DNA of 55,303 bases from Candidatus Methanophaga sp. AG-394-G06. Its GTDB lineage: Archaea; Halobacteriota; Syntropharchaeia; Alkanophagales; Methanospirareceae. Shown piece by piece: positions 23,536-33,376 of the stretch. The notes under the pieces were generated by a model. It was given only the letters and a program-made list of their open reading frames with translations, searched no databases and had not been told where the DNA came from. The stretch is taken from the NCBI GenBank assembly GCA_009903405.1, contig PRCZ01000004.1, positions 1-55,303 of the forward strand. The letters are read 5' to 3'. The position numbers and the translations under genes are program-made. Position 1 is the first letter of the stretch. The number at the start of each line of letters is the position of its first letter.

Positions 23536-25095
23536 ATGTCCGAAAACGTAAACCAATCGCTCAAAAAAATGGCAAAAGGCACTGGTATAGTTTTTATCGG
23601 TTCTTTAGCAGGCGTATTTCTTGCTTTTATTGGCAGGCTTATGATTGCCAGATACGGGACTGTGAGTGAATACGGTGTCTTTTCCCTGGCATTAGTAATA
23701 CTGAACATCTGTGTTGTTATAAGTACCTTGGGGCTACAAAACGGAGTCACTCGCAGCATTGCCTATGCAAGAGGAAAAAATGAGAATGAAAAAATTCAGG
23801 GGTTTATTTCCGCTTCTATCTGGCTTAGTCTTGCAGCGAGCTTCATACTATGTTTTATCCTTTTCTTCGCATCGGAGACTATTGCAGTAAACATTTTCCA
23901 TGAGCCTGCTCTTATCGCTCCATTAAAGATATTCTCCATAGCCATACCGTTTTTCACCTTAAGCAGTGTCATTGTCTCCATATTCCTAGGATTTGGTCGT
24001 GTCCAAGCAAAGGTTTACTTCCAGGACATCCTGAGAAATGTACTTTTCCCGCTACTCTTGTTAGCTGTTATTCTCCTAAGTCTATCTTTCACCAGCGTCT
24101 TTTATGCTTACACAGTATCCTTAGCCGTTCCGTGCCTTCTTCTTGTAATCTATACCGTTAAATACCTACCCTCGTCAATAAAATTTACTGCTAAACAGAC
24201 TAATAATGCTAATCCCGTAGCCAAGGAACTTTTATTTTTTTCGCTCCCTCTACTAGGTGTGGCTATGCTGGGAATGATAATCGCTTGGACGGACACTTTA
24301 ATGCTCGGAAGTTTTAAAAGTACAGCGGAAGTGGGCATATATAATGCTGCACATCCTTTAGCCAATTTTATTTCCTCACCTTTAAGTGCTTTATTGGTGA
24401 TCTACATGCCGATTACTTCAGGTCTATATGCTCAGGGACTGATGCCAGAAATGAGAAGAAACTTCGCTATTTTGACCAAGTGGCTCTGCTCACTTACCTT
24501 GCCGTTATTTCTCATCCTATTTCTGTTTTCCGAAACGGTATTAAACTTCCTCTTCGGCGCCAGCTACATTTTTGCTGCAAATGCTCTTAGAATCTTGTCT
24601 TTGGGGTATTTTGTCAATAATTTCGTGGGACCTAACGGCGCTACTCTAACTGCTATAGGTAAAGTTCGATTTCTAATGTGGGCCACTTTAGCCACTGCCG
24701 TTCTTAATATCGGGTTGAATATTGCTCTAATTCCGCCTTTAGGCATTGTAGGTGCTGCCATCGCTTCTGTGGTTGCCATAACCTTTATCAATCTGATAAG
24801 ATGCTGGAAACTCTACTCGCTTACGGAAGCACAGCCACTGAGTAAAAATCTAATAAAGCCAACTTTAGTTTCTCTGACGTTGATATTTCTTATTTACTTT
24901 GTTTCCATAGAGTTTATTACCGTTACCCTATGGATGCTCCCTCTGCTCTTCATACTCTACTATGTCATCTATGGCTCGGCCATCTTGCTGACAAAGAGCT
25001 TTGACCAAGAAGACATAACAATGCTGCTGGCGATAGAAAAACGGACTGGCATAAATGCTGCTCCAATAAAGAAGTTTTTGAACAAGTTTCTATAA
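23536..25095 (+). CDS. Wzx-type polysaccharide flippase (MOP superfamily)
   Basis: 519 aa with about 14 TM segments. The N-terminal KGTGIVFIGSLAG is typical of polysaccharide biosynthesis proteins. Confidence 0.75.
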   Translation: MSENVNQSLKKMAKGTGIVFIGSLAGVFLAFIGRLMIARYGTVSEYGVFSLALVILNICVVISTLGLQNGVTRSIAYARGKNENEKIQGFISASIWLSLAASFILCFILFFASETIAVNIFHEPALIAPLKIFSIAIPFFTLSSVIVSIFLGFGRVQAKVYFQDILRNVLFPLLLLAVILLSLSFTSVFYAYTVSLAVPCLLLVIYTVKYLPSSIKFTAKQTNNANPVAKELLFFSLPLLGVAMLGMIIAWTDTLMLGSFKSTAEVGIYNAAHPLANFISSPLSALLVIYMPITSGLYAQGLMPEMRRNFAILTKWLCSLTLPLFLILFLFSETVLNFLFGASYIFAANALRILSLGYFVNNFVGPNGATLTAIGKVRFLMWATLATAVLNIGLNIALIPPLGIVGAAIASVVAITFINLIRCWKLYSLTEAQPLSKNLIKPTLVSLTLIFLIYFVSIEFITVTLWMLPLLFILYYVIYGSAILLTKSFDQEDITMLLAIEKRTGINAAPIKKFLNKFL

Positions 25096-26103
25096 CTTGC
25101 CCGATTTCTTAAGCTTTCTTATTACATCTTTAGCTCTTTCTCTTTCTGCATCAACCATTGGTAGACCAAACTTTTTAACGATTTCTGCTGTATTCGATGC
25201 ACTCTTTACGCTTTTGATCTTAAACCAGGGAACTTCGACAAGTATAGGTTCTCTACTTCCATGAGGATGGGAATACCTCCTATCTTCTCCAAGCAATTCT
25301 CCGTGATCGGCAGTAATTACAATTCTGCTTGAAGGCCGATCATGTAATATCTTACGAGATAGCTCTGCAACATATCCTAAGGCAATACCAAGGTTTTCTT
25401 TATATGCTTCTCTTAAACCTTCTACACCATATTTTCTTCTTACCGCATCCATTGGAGATGCAGGAGGTAATTTTAACATTTCTCTTAGCTCCCATGTATT
25501 TTTAATAATGTTGGTTTTTACTAACAAAGCACCGAGTATATTTACTACTCGTTCGACAGTTCTATTAGTTTGATCTCCTTGAACCCCAGATAAAGGACCT
25601 TTTGTAAAGGGATTTGAAAAACCTTTCACAAAAAACTCTTGTGAGATATAGGGGGCATGTGGTTGTAAATAATGTATTATAAATCTCTTTTCCGAGTACT
25701 TTTCAATTAAGCTTAAAGTAGAATCGTTAATTTCATGAGGTGGAACAGTTCCTAATTTCTCATCCCACCCAAATGCCCACACGTCGGCAACTTTATAGAA
25801 GTGCTTTTTTGCGTCAAATTCTGCCACTTTTACCTTTGAGTTGATGTATGGATTCCCGGATACATATATAACATCCGGGTAATAGCTCTGAAAGGATTTT
25901 TGACACCACTCTGGAGTGCAAGAACCAATAGAAACTCTCTTTTCCAAATCTCCTGAAAAATAATCGCTAATCATGTTTGCGAAATAATCATATCGACATG
26001 CATCTAAAAGTATAAGATTATCCCAGTCCTCATCCATAATTTTTAAGACTCCTGTCAACTGCATCCCTCCCTTTTCAACGCTATGCAAATCATATTTCCT
26101 CAA
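25090..26103 (-). CDS. alkaline-phosphatase-superfamily protein (337 aa) with a basic C-terminal tail
   Basis: LILLDACRYD, GSCTPEW and ITADHGE. The tail is AKDVIRKLKKSGKL. Confidence 0.55.
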   Translation of the reverse strand: MRKYDLHSVEKGGMQLTGVLKIMDEDWDNLILLDACRYDYFANMISDYFSGDLEKRVSIGSCTPEWCQKSFQSYYPDVIYVSGNPYINSKVKVAEFDAKKHFYKVADVWAFGWDEKLGTVPPHEINDSTLSLIEKYSEKRFIIHYLQPHAPYISQEFFVKGFSNPFTKGPLSGVQGDQTNRTVERVVNILGALLVKTNIIKNTWELREMLKLPPASPMDAVRRKYGVEGLREAYKENLGIALGYVAELSRKILHDRPSSRIVITADHGELLGEDRRYSHPHGSREPILVEVPWFKIKSVKSASNTAEIVKKFGLPMVDAERERAKDVIRKLKKSGKL

Positions 26104-26109
26104 TCCTGT

Positions 26110-27732
26110 TTATAACCTACCCGATTCCTTTAGCTTTTTTATCTGATCTTTAACCTTTTCCCTTTCCATATCAACTGCTTGATACCTTACCGCCCTCTGT
26201 GCTGGTTCGCTTCCCTCCTTGAAAATCTCCTTTAACAGCCGGCCATCCATGTCATCTGGAACTGACAAACCAAACATATGTAAGATTGTTGGAGCTATGT
26301 CATAGATTTTAGCTCCTTGTATTTGAACCTCTTCTTTAATATCTGGACCATAAGCAATAAAGACCCCCTCTTTTTTATGCGCCCCACTATAAACAGGGTT
26401 GGGTGAAGGCTTCTGATAGACCTCTTTATTAAAGCCAAAGTAAATACTGCACTCGAAATCATCTATTTCAAACAAGATATTGGGAGCGAGATTTACATAC
26501 TCCCCCAAGTAAAGTTCGTCAGGCGAATAGACCCTTACCGAAACACCTAGGTTACTGCAAGTCTTTTTAAGCTTTTCAATTATTTCATCCTTAAGGACAT
26601 TAGAGTCATGATAGCCTCTACTTGAAAGAATTGCCGGTTCATTCAGGCAAATTTTCCCCACCAAAGAAGCATTAACCGGAGCAAAAGCCAGACTCCTTTT
26701 GAAGTCTACTTCAGCGGTGACTGGTATACTATGCACTCTCCCCGACTGGACTGCTTTGATCAATTTATCATGCAAAGCAGGGGAGATTTTTCTTATCAAA
26801 TTAGCAACGGCTCGTTGTAGCTGACGCAACTTAATGAGTTCGCTTCTCTTCTTAAGGTAGCCCTCTTTTTCCAGCCAAGAATTCGTGTAAAAAGAGCTTC
26901 GATGTGGACCAAAACCATGATCTGAAACAATTAAAATGTTTGTTTTTTGTGACGTTGCTTTCACTACCAAACTTATGATTTTATCTATTCTCTGCCAAAT
27001 CTGAACAAAAGCAGGTTTATACTTTTCCGCCCCCTCCTCGGAATAATACGGATGAGTAGGATCAATGTATCTCCACATATAATGTTGAGTAAAGTCCGAA
27101 GCGGAGATCACAAAGGTAATTACTTCCAAGTCTTGCTTCAGTAAAAGCTGCATAGTTTTGTAGTTTATTTCTATAAGGTCAAAGATATGTTCGACAAAAA
27201 GTGAAGGGTTTTCAGTATAAAGGGGGTCATGCCAGGGCACAACTATTCGATAATTGCCACAATTTTCGATTAATAGCTGCTTAAATTCCTTTGGATAGGA
27301 AATATCATCTCTCGGATCGCTCCCCAGCCCTGAAACCATGATCCCGTTGATTTTATAGGGCGGATATAAACAGGGGTAATTTACTACACCCGTCTTTATT
27401 CCGGCATGGCTTAGGTAATCCCAATAAGGCTTTGCTTTTCTTATCTCTGAAGAACTCACGGCTTTAGTCTCAAAGCCATCGCTACTGATTCGGTTTAAGA
27501 AATCAAACACTCCAGTTTTTCCTGGGTTCTTCCCGGTAGCTAGTGCTGGCCATGCAGGACCAGTAACTGGTGGGAAGGTACTTTCCAGTGTTCCGTGCAC
27601 ACCATTTGTTATCAATTTCTTTAGAGTTGGTAACTTTCCCTCATCACTTAGAGGATTAATTACACGAAAAGTTGCTCCATCCAAACCTATAATTAGCAGT
27701 TTAATCATCTTTCTTTTCCCTACGCCCTCCAT
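26110..27732 (-). CDS. type I phosphodiesterase/nucleotide pyrophosphatase-like enzyme (COG3379-like)
   Basis: IIGLDGATF, PPVTGPAWPALATG (Thr nucleophile) and IVSDHGF. The tail is VKDQIKKLKESGRL. Confidence 0.75.
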   Translation of the reverse strand: MEGVGKRKMIKLLIIGLDGATFRVINPLSDEGKLPTLKKLITNGVHGTLESTFPPVTGPAWPALATGKNPGKTGVFDFLNRISSDGFETKAVSSSEIRKAKPYWDYLSHAGIKTGVVNYPCLYPPYKINGIMVSGLGSDPRDDISYPKEFKQLLIENCGNYRIVVPWHDPLYTENPSLFVEHIFDLIEINYKTMQLLLKQDLEVITFVISASDFTQHYMWRYIDPTHPYYSEEGAEKYKPAFVQIWQRIDKIISLVVKATSQKTNILIVSDHGFGPHRSSFYTNSWLEKEGYLKKRSELIKLRQLQRAVANLIRKISPALHDKLIKAVQSGRVHSIPVTAEVDFKRSLAFAPVNASLVGKICLNEPAILSSRGYHDSNVLKDEIIEKLKKTCSNLGVSVRVYSPDELYLGEYVNLAPNILFEIDDFECSIYFGFNKEVYQKPSPNPVYSGAHKKEGVFIAYGPDIKEEVQIQGAKIYDIAPTILHMFGLSVPDDMDGRLLKEIFKEGSEPAQRAVRYQAVDMEREKVKDQIKKLKESGRL

Positions 27733-27800
27733 ACCAAAAACTCGCCATTTTCATATATCTTTGATATACTTTTATCTGCATTTAACTTAATAAAACCACC

Positions 27801-30074
27801 TTATACTTTTTCCGATTTGCTTATCCCTTTCACAAAAAAAACATCCAGTTCGCCATTTGAGTATAACATATCCACCGTTGAATCATCCTCTACTCTCTCA
27901 AAGTCGCTATTGTTAAACCTGCCAATCTCTGGCCATACTTCCAGATATAGTGCTTTATTCCACTTAGATATCACCATATAGCGATCCTGAGCATATAATT
28001 CACCCAATGAGGTATGATTAGCATAGTCAAAGTGATCTGGAATACTTGAGGGAAAAAAAGTTGAAAAGTCCTCTCTTTCTCGGGATTGAGAATATCCATA
28101 TATAGCATCAGAAAACCTATGTATGTGACCCATTCCTATATATAAGTCTGGTACATTTTTGTAGTTAAAAAACCAATGCACCCCCGTTAACTCCATATTC
28201 GTAATCTGGGAACTTGATTGCTTCAAATAAGGGGAAGGATATAGGTTAAATATACCAATTGTTGACGAGACTACCAAGATAGCTACGATGATAGCAATAC
28301 TTATGGTTCGATGACGATTTTTAAATAACTCATAAAAAGCAAATCCCGCCAATAAAGGTGTTACTAACATCATAAAATTTAAAAAAACGAGTCTTTGTGC
28401 AGACTGCGTCAATGAGGACGCCATCGCCAGTAAAGAGAATAGAATCATCAACCCCGTGATTATAAACCATACCGATATTCTAAACAGATTTTTTATTTTC
28501 TTATTCTGATAAAAGAATTTAAAGATAATCAATACAGCAATCAACGAAAGTATTGTATATATGATTTGATGTCCAAAAAATTTAATGGTTAATTCAAATA
28601 GTTCAGATTTTGTAGTCGCTACTTTTGAAACTCTGCTCATAATCAGATCGGAACTAGAGCCGATAACCGTACCATATAACCAACTAGCCATACTGCGAAC
28701 TCTCTGACCAAATGCAAGATATGCGGAAAACCACATGAAAAAAGTTATAACAGGAATTAGAATTGGATTTATTGAAATTTGCGTTATTGCGTGAGAAAAT
28801 TTGATTTCTGATCTTTTAGATGTATATATTATCTTCGAGATTTCCATCATTATCAGAAACAGGATTAAAATGAGCACCGTTAGCGGATGAAAGAATGGAT
28901 ATACCATTAGTAGTATAATATATACCAAGCTAAATCCTACTGATGGTTTTTCCGAAATTTTGAAATAAAGGTAAAATACCAAAGGGAGCATTAACGTGGA
29001 ATGAGCTGCTGGGAATACTTCTACATGATAATAAGTAAAAAATAAAGTGCAACTGGCTGCTGCAGATAATAATATGTATTCCCGTTTATCAAATATCACT
29101 GTGGCTAATAAGTATATAGAAGCCATATATAAAATTGTAAATAAAGCAGGGACAAAGCCCATTACTATTATAGGCGGTATACCGCAAACCCCTGTTATTT
29201 CTGCAATGAATATGTGTGTAATTGGATAGAAATCATTAATATTTATGTAGCCACTTGAAAGAATATCTTTTACAGATCCCAGATGTGATAAATGGTCACC
29301 ACGACCAAATGTAGCATAACCTCTGATGACGGAGAAAAGAGTAACAATAAGATTACTTAAGATTAATATTAAAAACCCAATTAACCAAAAATTATCTCTT
29401 TCTTTGTCTTTACTAAACGCTTGGTGAGTGATGATCGCAATTCCACAGGCAATACTACCGATCAAAAATAGCCATACAAAAGGAGATACACCCTTGTATA
29501 TAGATAATTCGTAACCACTTGCAGGAGGCGTTCTGGCGGTTATCGTTAAAGCTAATGTAATAAAAATAAAAGCGATAATCGCTATGATTTTGATGATTCT
29601 ATTCTGATTTTCGGATTTAATAAATTCACTCTTAGACCTTCCTAACTCACGCCATCCAGAAATACTCATCTGCGAAAGTGGAGCAAACACCTCTTTTTTG
29701 AAAATGATTCTCCTTCTATACGTTGCCGCTGCTGATATTAGAAGTATGAACAAGAACAGCGAAAACGTAACTGGATAAAGCATTATCCCAAAAGGCGTAT
29801 AGTTTAGCATGAGTCCTATCAATGATGTAACAGCTATGCTGAGTCCCAAACTCAAAACTAATCTCTCAACAATATCCAAATCTTTTCTTCTGGGAAATAG
29901 AGCACAAATTAACACATAGCCTGGGAAGAACAGAATAAAGGGTAAGCTAAGTATGATGCGTGCTGGCGAGTTTGGGAAGAACGCTATTACGGAAACAAGC
30001 AAAGCTGATAGAATATCTACTAAGATTATGTCTCGCTCGGTTTTAAAGCGTATATCTCGCAGTATCGTAGTCAT
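27801..30074 (-). CDS. DUF1616 module fused to a large polytopic membrane domain (possible GT-C or polymerase-like)
   Basis: The first ~130 aa match DUF1616 (FFPGYVLICALFPRRKDLDIVERL..LNYTPFGI). About 14 further TM helices and a ~130-aa soluble C-terminus follow. No WWDYG motif is present. Confidence 0.55.
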   Translation of the reverse strand: MTTILRDIRFKTERDIILVDILSALLVSVIAFFPNSPARIILSLPFILFFPGYVLICALFPRRKDLDIVERLVLSLGLSIAVTSLIGLMLNYTPFGIMLYPVTFSLFLFILLISAAATYRRRIIFKKEVFAPLSQMSISGWRELGRSKSEFIKSENQNRIIKIIAIIAFIFITLALTITARTPPASGYELSIYKGVSPFVWLFLIGSIACGIAIITHQAFSKDKERDNFWLIGFLILILSNLIVTLFSVIRGYATFGRGDHLSHLGSVKDILSSGYININDFYPITHIFIAEITGVCGIPPIIVMGFVPALFTILYMASIYLLATVIFDKREYILLSAAASCTLFFTYYHVEVFPAAHSTLMLPLVFYLYFKISEKPSVGFSLVYIILLMVYPFFHPLTVLILILFLIMMEISKIIYTSKRSEIKFSHAITQISINPILIPVITFFMWFSAYLAFGQRVRSMASWLYGTVIGSSSDLIMSRVSKVATTKSELFELTIKFFGHQIIYTILSLIAVLIIFKFFYQNKKIKNLFRISVWFIITGLMILFSLLAMASSLTQSAQRLVFLNFMMLVTPLLAGFAFYELFKNRHRTISIAIIVAILVVSSTIGIFNLYPSPYLKQSSSQITNMELTGVHWFFNYKNVPDLYIGMGHIHRFSDAIYGYSQSREREDFSTFFPSSIPDHFDYANHTSLGELYAQDRYMVISKWNKALYLEVWPEIGRFNNSDFERVEDDSTVDMLYSNGELDVFFVKGISKSEKV

Positions 30075-30175
30075 GATAATTCTCTTAAGATTTCCCTATA
30101 CCTTTCTGCAGTAGAATGCCATCTTTTATTACAATAGATTGATATGATTGCAAAAAAGATGTGCTAAATATCATT

Positions 30176-31030
30176 TCATCGCTTTTCTTTTCTAAAGATA
30201 TATTTTAATGTATTTAAAAAAATTAATAAAATATTAAAAAATATCATGTAAATCGATCTTATGCCGTAAAATTTAAAAGAAAAAAGTGTTCGATTTCTTA
30301 TTGAATAACACTCACTAGCTAAAAGGTTATTGACTCTACAACCACCAGAATCCACATGTTTATGGTATGTTATGGCTTTTGATTGAAAATACAGTTTATA
30401 TCCTCTTTTTTTCACCTGAAAATAGAAATCATGTTCTTCATGAGTATAGGTGCCTTTATATCTATTTTCCTCATACCCCCCTACATCTTCAAACACGCTC
30501 TTAGGAATCAATGAACATGCATGCAGCGATGGGCATTCTTGGAGTACATCAGATTCTAACCCGAAATTATTGTAAATTCTACCTGTTTTTTTGTCAATTA
30601 CACATGCTTTATGTATATCTTTCTTCTGAAAATAATCTTTCTTGTCTCTGTCATCTATTAATCTTGGGGCTATTGCACCAACAGGAACTCTTTGCTCTAA
30701 TTCTTCAAATGTCTTTACAAGGATTTCCAAGCAGTTCTGCTCTAATATCAAATCATCCTCAATAAAAAAGATCAGATCACCTTGCGAGATAGAAACTGCT
30801 ACATTTCTATTTCTTGGCAGTCCTTGGCAAACAGCATTTCTATGGTAGCGAACTCTTGAGTCTTTTTTCTCGTATTTTTTTGCGATTATTTGTGTATTAT
30901 CCTCAGATCCATCATCAGATATAATGAGTTCCCAATCGGAATAAGATTGTGCTAAAACAGAATTTATGCATCGTTCCAGTATATTTGCTCTATTATAAGT
31001 TGGCAGAATGATAGATACAAACCTATTCAT
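30176..31030 (-). CDS. GT2-family glycosyltransferase
   Basis: VSIILPTYNRANILERC, ISDDGSEDNT and FIEDDL. Confidence 0.8.
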   Translation of the reverse strand: MNRFVSIILPTYNRANILERCINSVLAQSYSDWELIISDDGSEDNTQIIAKKYEKKDSRVRYHRNAVCQGLPRNRNVAVSISQGDLIFFIEDDLILEQNCLEILVKTFEELEQRVPVGAIAPRLIDDRDKKDYFQKKDIHKACVIDKKTGRIYNNFGLESDVLQECPSLHACSLIPKSVFEDVGGYEENRYKGTYTHEEHDFYFQVKKRGYKLYFQSKAITYHKHVDSGGCRVNNLLASECYSIRNRTLFSFKFYGIRSIYMIFFNILLIFLNTLKYIFRKEKR

Positions 31031-31135
31031 TTAATTGTGTAACCCCTTTAATTTTTTCATATAATCTTGAAACTCTTTTGATTCTCCAGTCATTCATTTT
31101 AAATGGTTTATCTATTTGCATGTTACTTGAACATT

Positions 31136-31261
31136 TTACCTATCATTATACACCTCTTCATACACCCTCAACGTCTCTTTCGCTGTTTTCTCCCAGCTAA
31201 ACATCTTCGCTCTTTTTAATCCTCTTTTAATCATATCTTCTCTTAATCCATCGTTAGTCAT
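31136..31261 (-). pseudogene. GT4 glycosyltransferase C-terminal fragment
   Basis: Reverse strand reads MTNDGLREDMIKRGLKRAKMFSWEKTAKETLRVYEEVYNDR*. Confidence 0.6.
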
Positions 31262-31533
31262 CTACACATTACCCCTTTCCGCCTTATTAAGCTCTTACAC
31301 TCTCTGGCACACCCATAGGCTCCATTAAGCCAACGTTTATTTTATTTAGCCTGCCAGATTCAATATCATCAAGCATGCATTTTAACGGTTCAACAACAGA
31401 GAATACGAATTTTGGTGGGGTTTTCCACAGTAAATAGAAAGATAACAGTTCTAAAACATCTTTAAAGCTCATTCCATCAATACACAACCTCAGATACTGC
31501 ACAAGGTTATAGATCAAAGAGAGCAAGAAAAAA

Positions 31534-31726
31534 GGCTCTTTGGTAATTTGCGTTGAACATATTTCCTTGATAAATCAAGCAAATAAAGAATAACCCTCAA
31601 GATCAAGGTGTATGCGCTGAAACAGATGTTTAACGTTTAGAATTCCATAACAACGCCGCTTAATCACATTAATCTTGTTATTAAAGCCCTCCTCGAATCC
31701 ACTCGTTTGCCGGTTAATAAAGTAGT
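31534..31726 (-). mobile_element. ISL3-family IS remnant (3' end only)
   Basis: Reverse strand reads PNYFINRQTSGFEEGFNNKINVIKRRCYGILNVKHLFQRIHLDLEGY*. The terminal ggctctttggtaatttgcg is a typical ISL3 end. Confidence 0.6.
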
Positions 31727-33353
31727 TTGGTAACTACTCAGGTCAGTCAAAAAGGAGGATGGACGTAGTGTCTTTAATGCAATTCAAGATGCATTTTTGT
31801 GTAATCCGTTTATTTCCTTCCTTCTTTTACAAGAAATAGTCAGGGGGGGGTGACAGTATCTCCGAAAGCCTATATTTTCTCTTATGCGTAATAATGCCGT
31901 TGCACAATACTTGTATCCTGCATAAACAGGAGAATTAAAAAGATATCTCTAAAAGAATCAGCGTAAAAAATTGAAATACTGATAAAAGATCTTTTAGTAG
32001 TTGTACGGCAATTCTACTAGCATGGGATATTCAGTAGTGGATTTCTTGGTATCTTCTCTGTTTCGATGGATATTCAGCGAAAAACATCCATTAGGGAATG
32101 CAGAATACTCTCCTGGTGCATTCGTACGACTTCTGATGAATGCAGCGCAGGCGAAGGATTACGTTGAGACTATTAGCGGCATTGATCAGGGATTGCCAAA
32201 CGTTGACACACTTTTTTGGCGATTATCCGAGTGTGCCAGCAGGGATCTGATATTGCGTGAATACAAAAAAGTTGTGAAAAGGCACATCGAAGCGGCGAAG
32301 GGGCAGATAAGAAGAAGGCGATTTATTATAGCAATTGATGAGACCCATGAGCCTTTTTACGGGCGGATAAAGAATCTATGGATCCATGATTACAGAAATG
32401 GTGTCAAAGGTGCTACTGGTTCATACAAATACATCGTTGTATCTATTGTATCAGGCAATTTGAGATTCATCCTTCTTGTCATACCTATCCCTAAAATAAG
32501 CAATGATACGGATTACTACGTGAAAGAGCTGCTAATATTCGTAAAATCGCTCATACCAACCGAGATCGTCCTTCTTGACCGGGGATTCTACTCATGGGGC
32601 GTCATAAAGGTTTTACAAAAACTCAAACTGGGATATATACTCTTGGTTCCGAAATACGACAAGTTCAAGGAATGGTTAAAGAAAGGTGCGGGATTGCACG
32701 ATCATCAGGGGAAACTGAAGAGAGACAAGACAACATACAAAATAAGCACATGTATTGCGATATTGCCGGACTATAAAGGTTTTGACTGGGTTTTTGCAAC
32801 AAATATCAAATATGATAAGATTTTCAGATACGTGCGCTATTATAAGAAGAGGTGGGGTATAGAAACCACGTTTAGAGTGCAGGATGAGGTCAAAATCAAG
32901 ACAAAATTGTTAATACCCCTGATACGGATCGCACTCTTCGTATTCGAGTGCATGCTGTATAATGTATGGCAGTTCTTCAAGGGGCGTGTTCCGTTCAGGA
33001 GATTTGTTAATATCCTGTTCAGGAGGCACATCATCAAAACAGCGGTATTTGCAATCATTGAGCTCATCGGAGAGAAGGATATTCTGGACGATAAAGGTCC
33101 GCCCCCAGACAAGATTTATGGGGAGTTAATTGGAAAATTTGGCTATATTGATGGAGTTAGCTTATAGCAAGGCGGTTAATGTGACTTTTTTGCGGTTTTT
33201 ACTTATTTCTACCGCTTAATTTGCGGACCACCCTTGCATCGAAGGGTTAATGGGCAATATATGCTCGATTATATTTGTTAGATACACTTAAAATCGGTTA
33301 TTTTGTTAATATATCTAAAATATATTCGGAGATACTGGGTGGGTAGTTACTAA
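31727..33353 (+). mobile_element. ISH3-family IS (boundaries approximate)
   Basis: The outer inverted pair is ttggtaactac/gtagttactaa (31727-31737, 33343-33353). A second inverted pair, cagtatctccgaa/ttcggagatactg, lies at 31854-31866 and 33325-33337. No clear target duplication. Confidence 0.55.
32001..33167 (+). CDS. ISH3-family (IS4 superfamily) DDE transposase
   Basis: FIIAIDETHEPFYG, VLLDRGFYS and YYKKRWGIETTFR. The likely start is the ATG at 32022. Confidence 0.8.
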   Translation: MYGNSTSMGYSVVDFLVSSLFRWIFSEKHPLGNAEYSPGAFVRLLMNAAQAKDYVETISGIDQGLPNVDTLFWRLSECASRDLILREYKKVVKRHIEAAKGQIRRRRFIIAIDETHEPFYGRIKNLWIHDYRNGVKGATGSYKYIVVSIVSGNLRFILLVIPIPKISNDTDYYVKELLIFVKSLIPTEIVLLDRGFYSWGVIKVLQKLKLGYILLVPKYDKFKEWLKKGAGLHDHQGKLKRDKTTYKISTCIAILPDYKGFDWVFATNIKYDKIFRYVRYYKKRWGIETTFRVQDEVKIKTKLLIPLIRIALFVFECMLYNVWQFFKGRVPFRRFVNILFRRHIIKTAVFAIIELIGEKDILDDKGPPPDKIYGELIGKFGYIDGVSL

Positions 33354-33376
33354 TGTATAAGCGTATACGTGTTATT

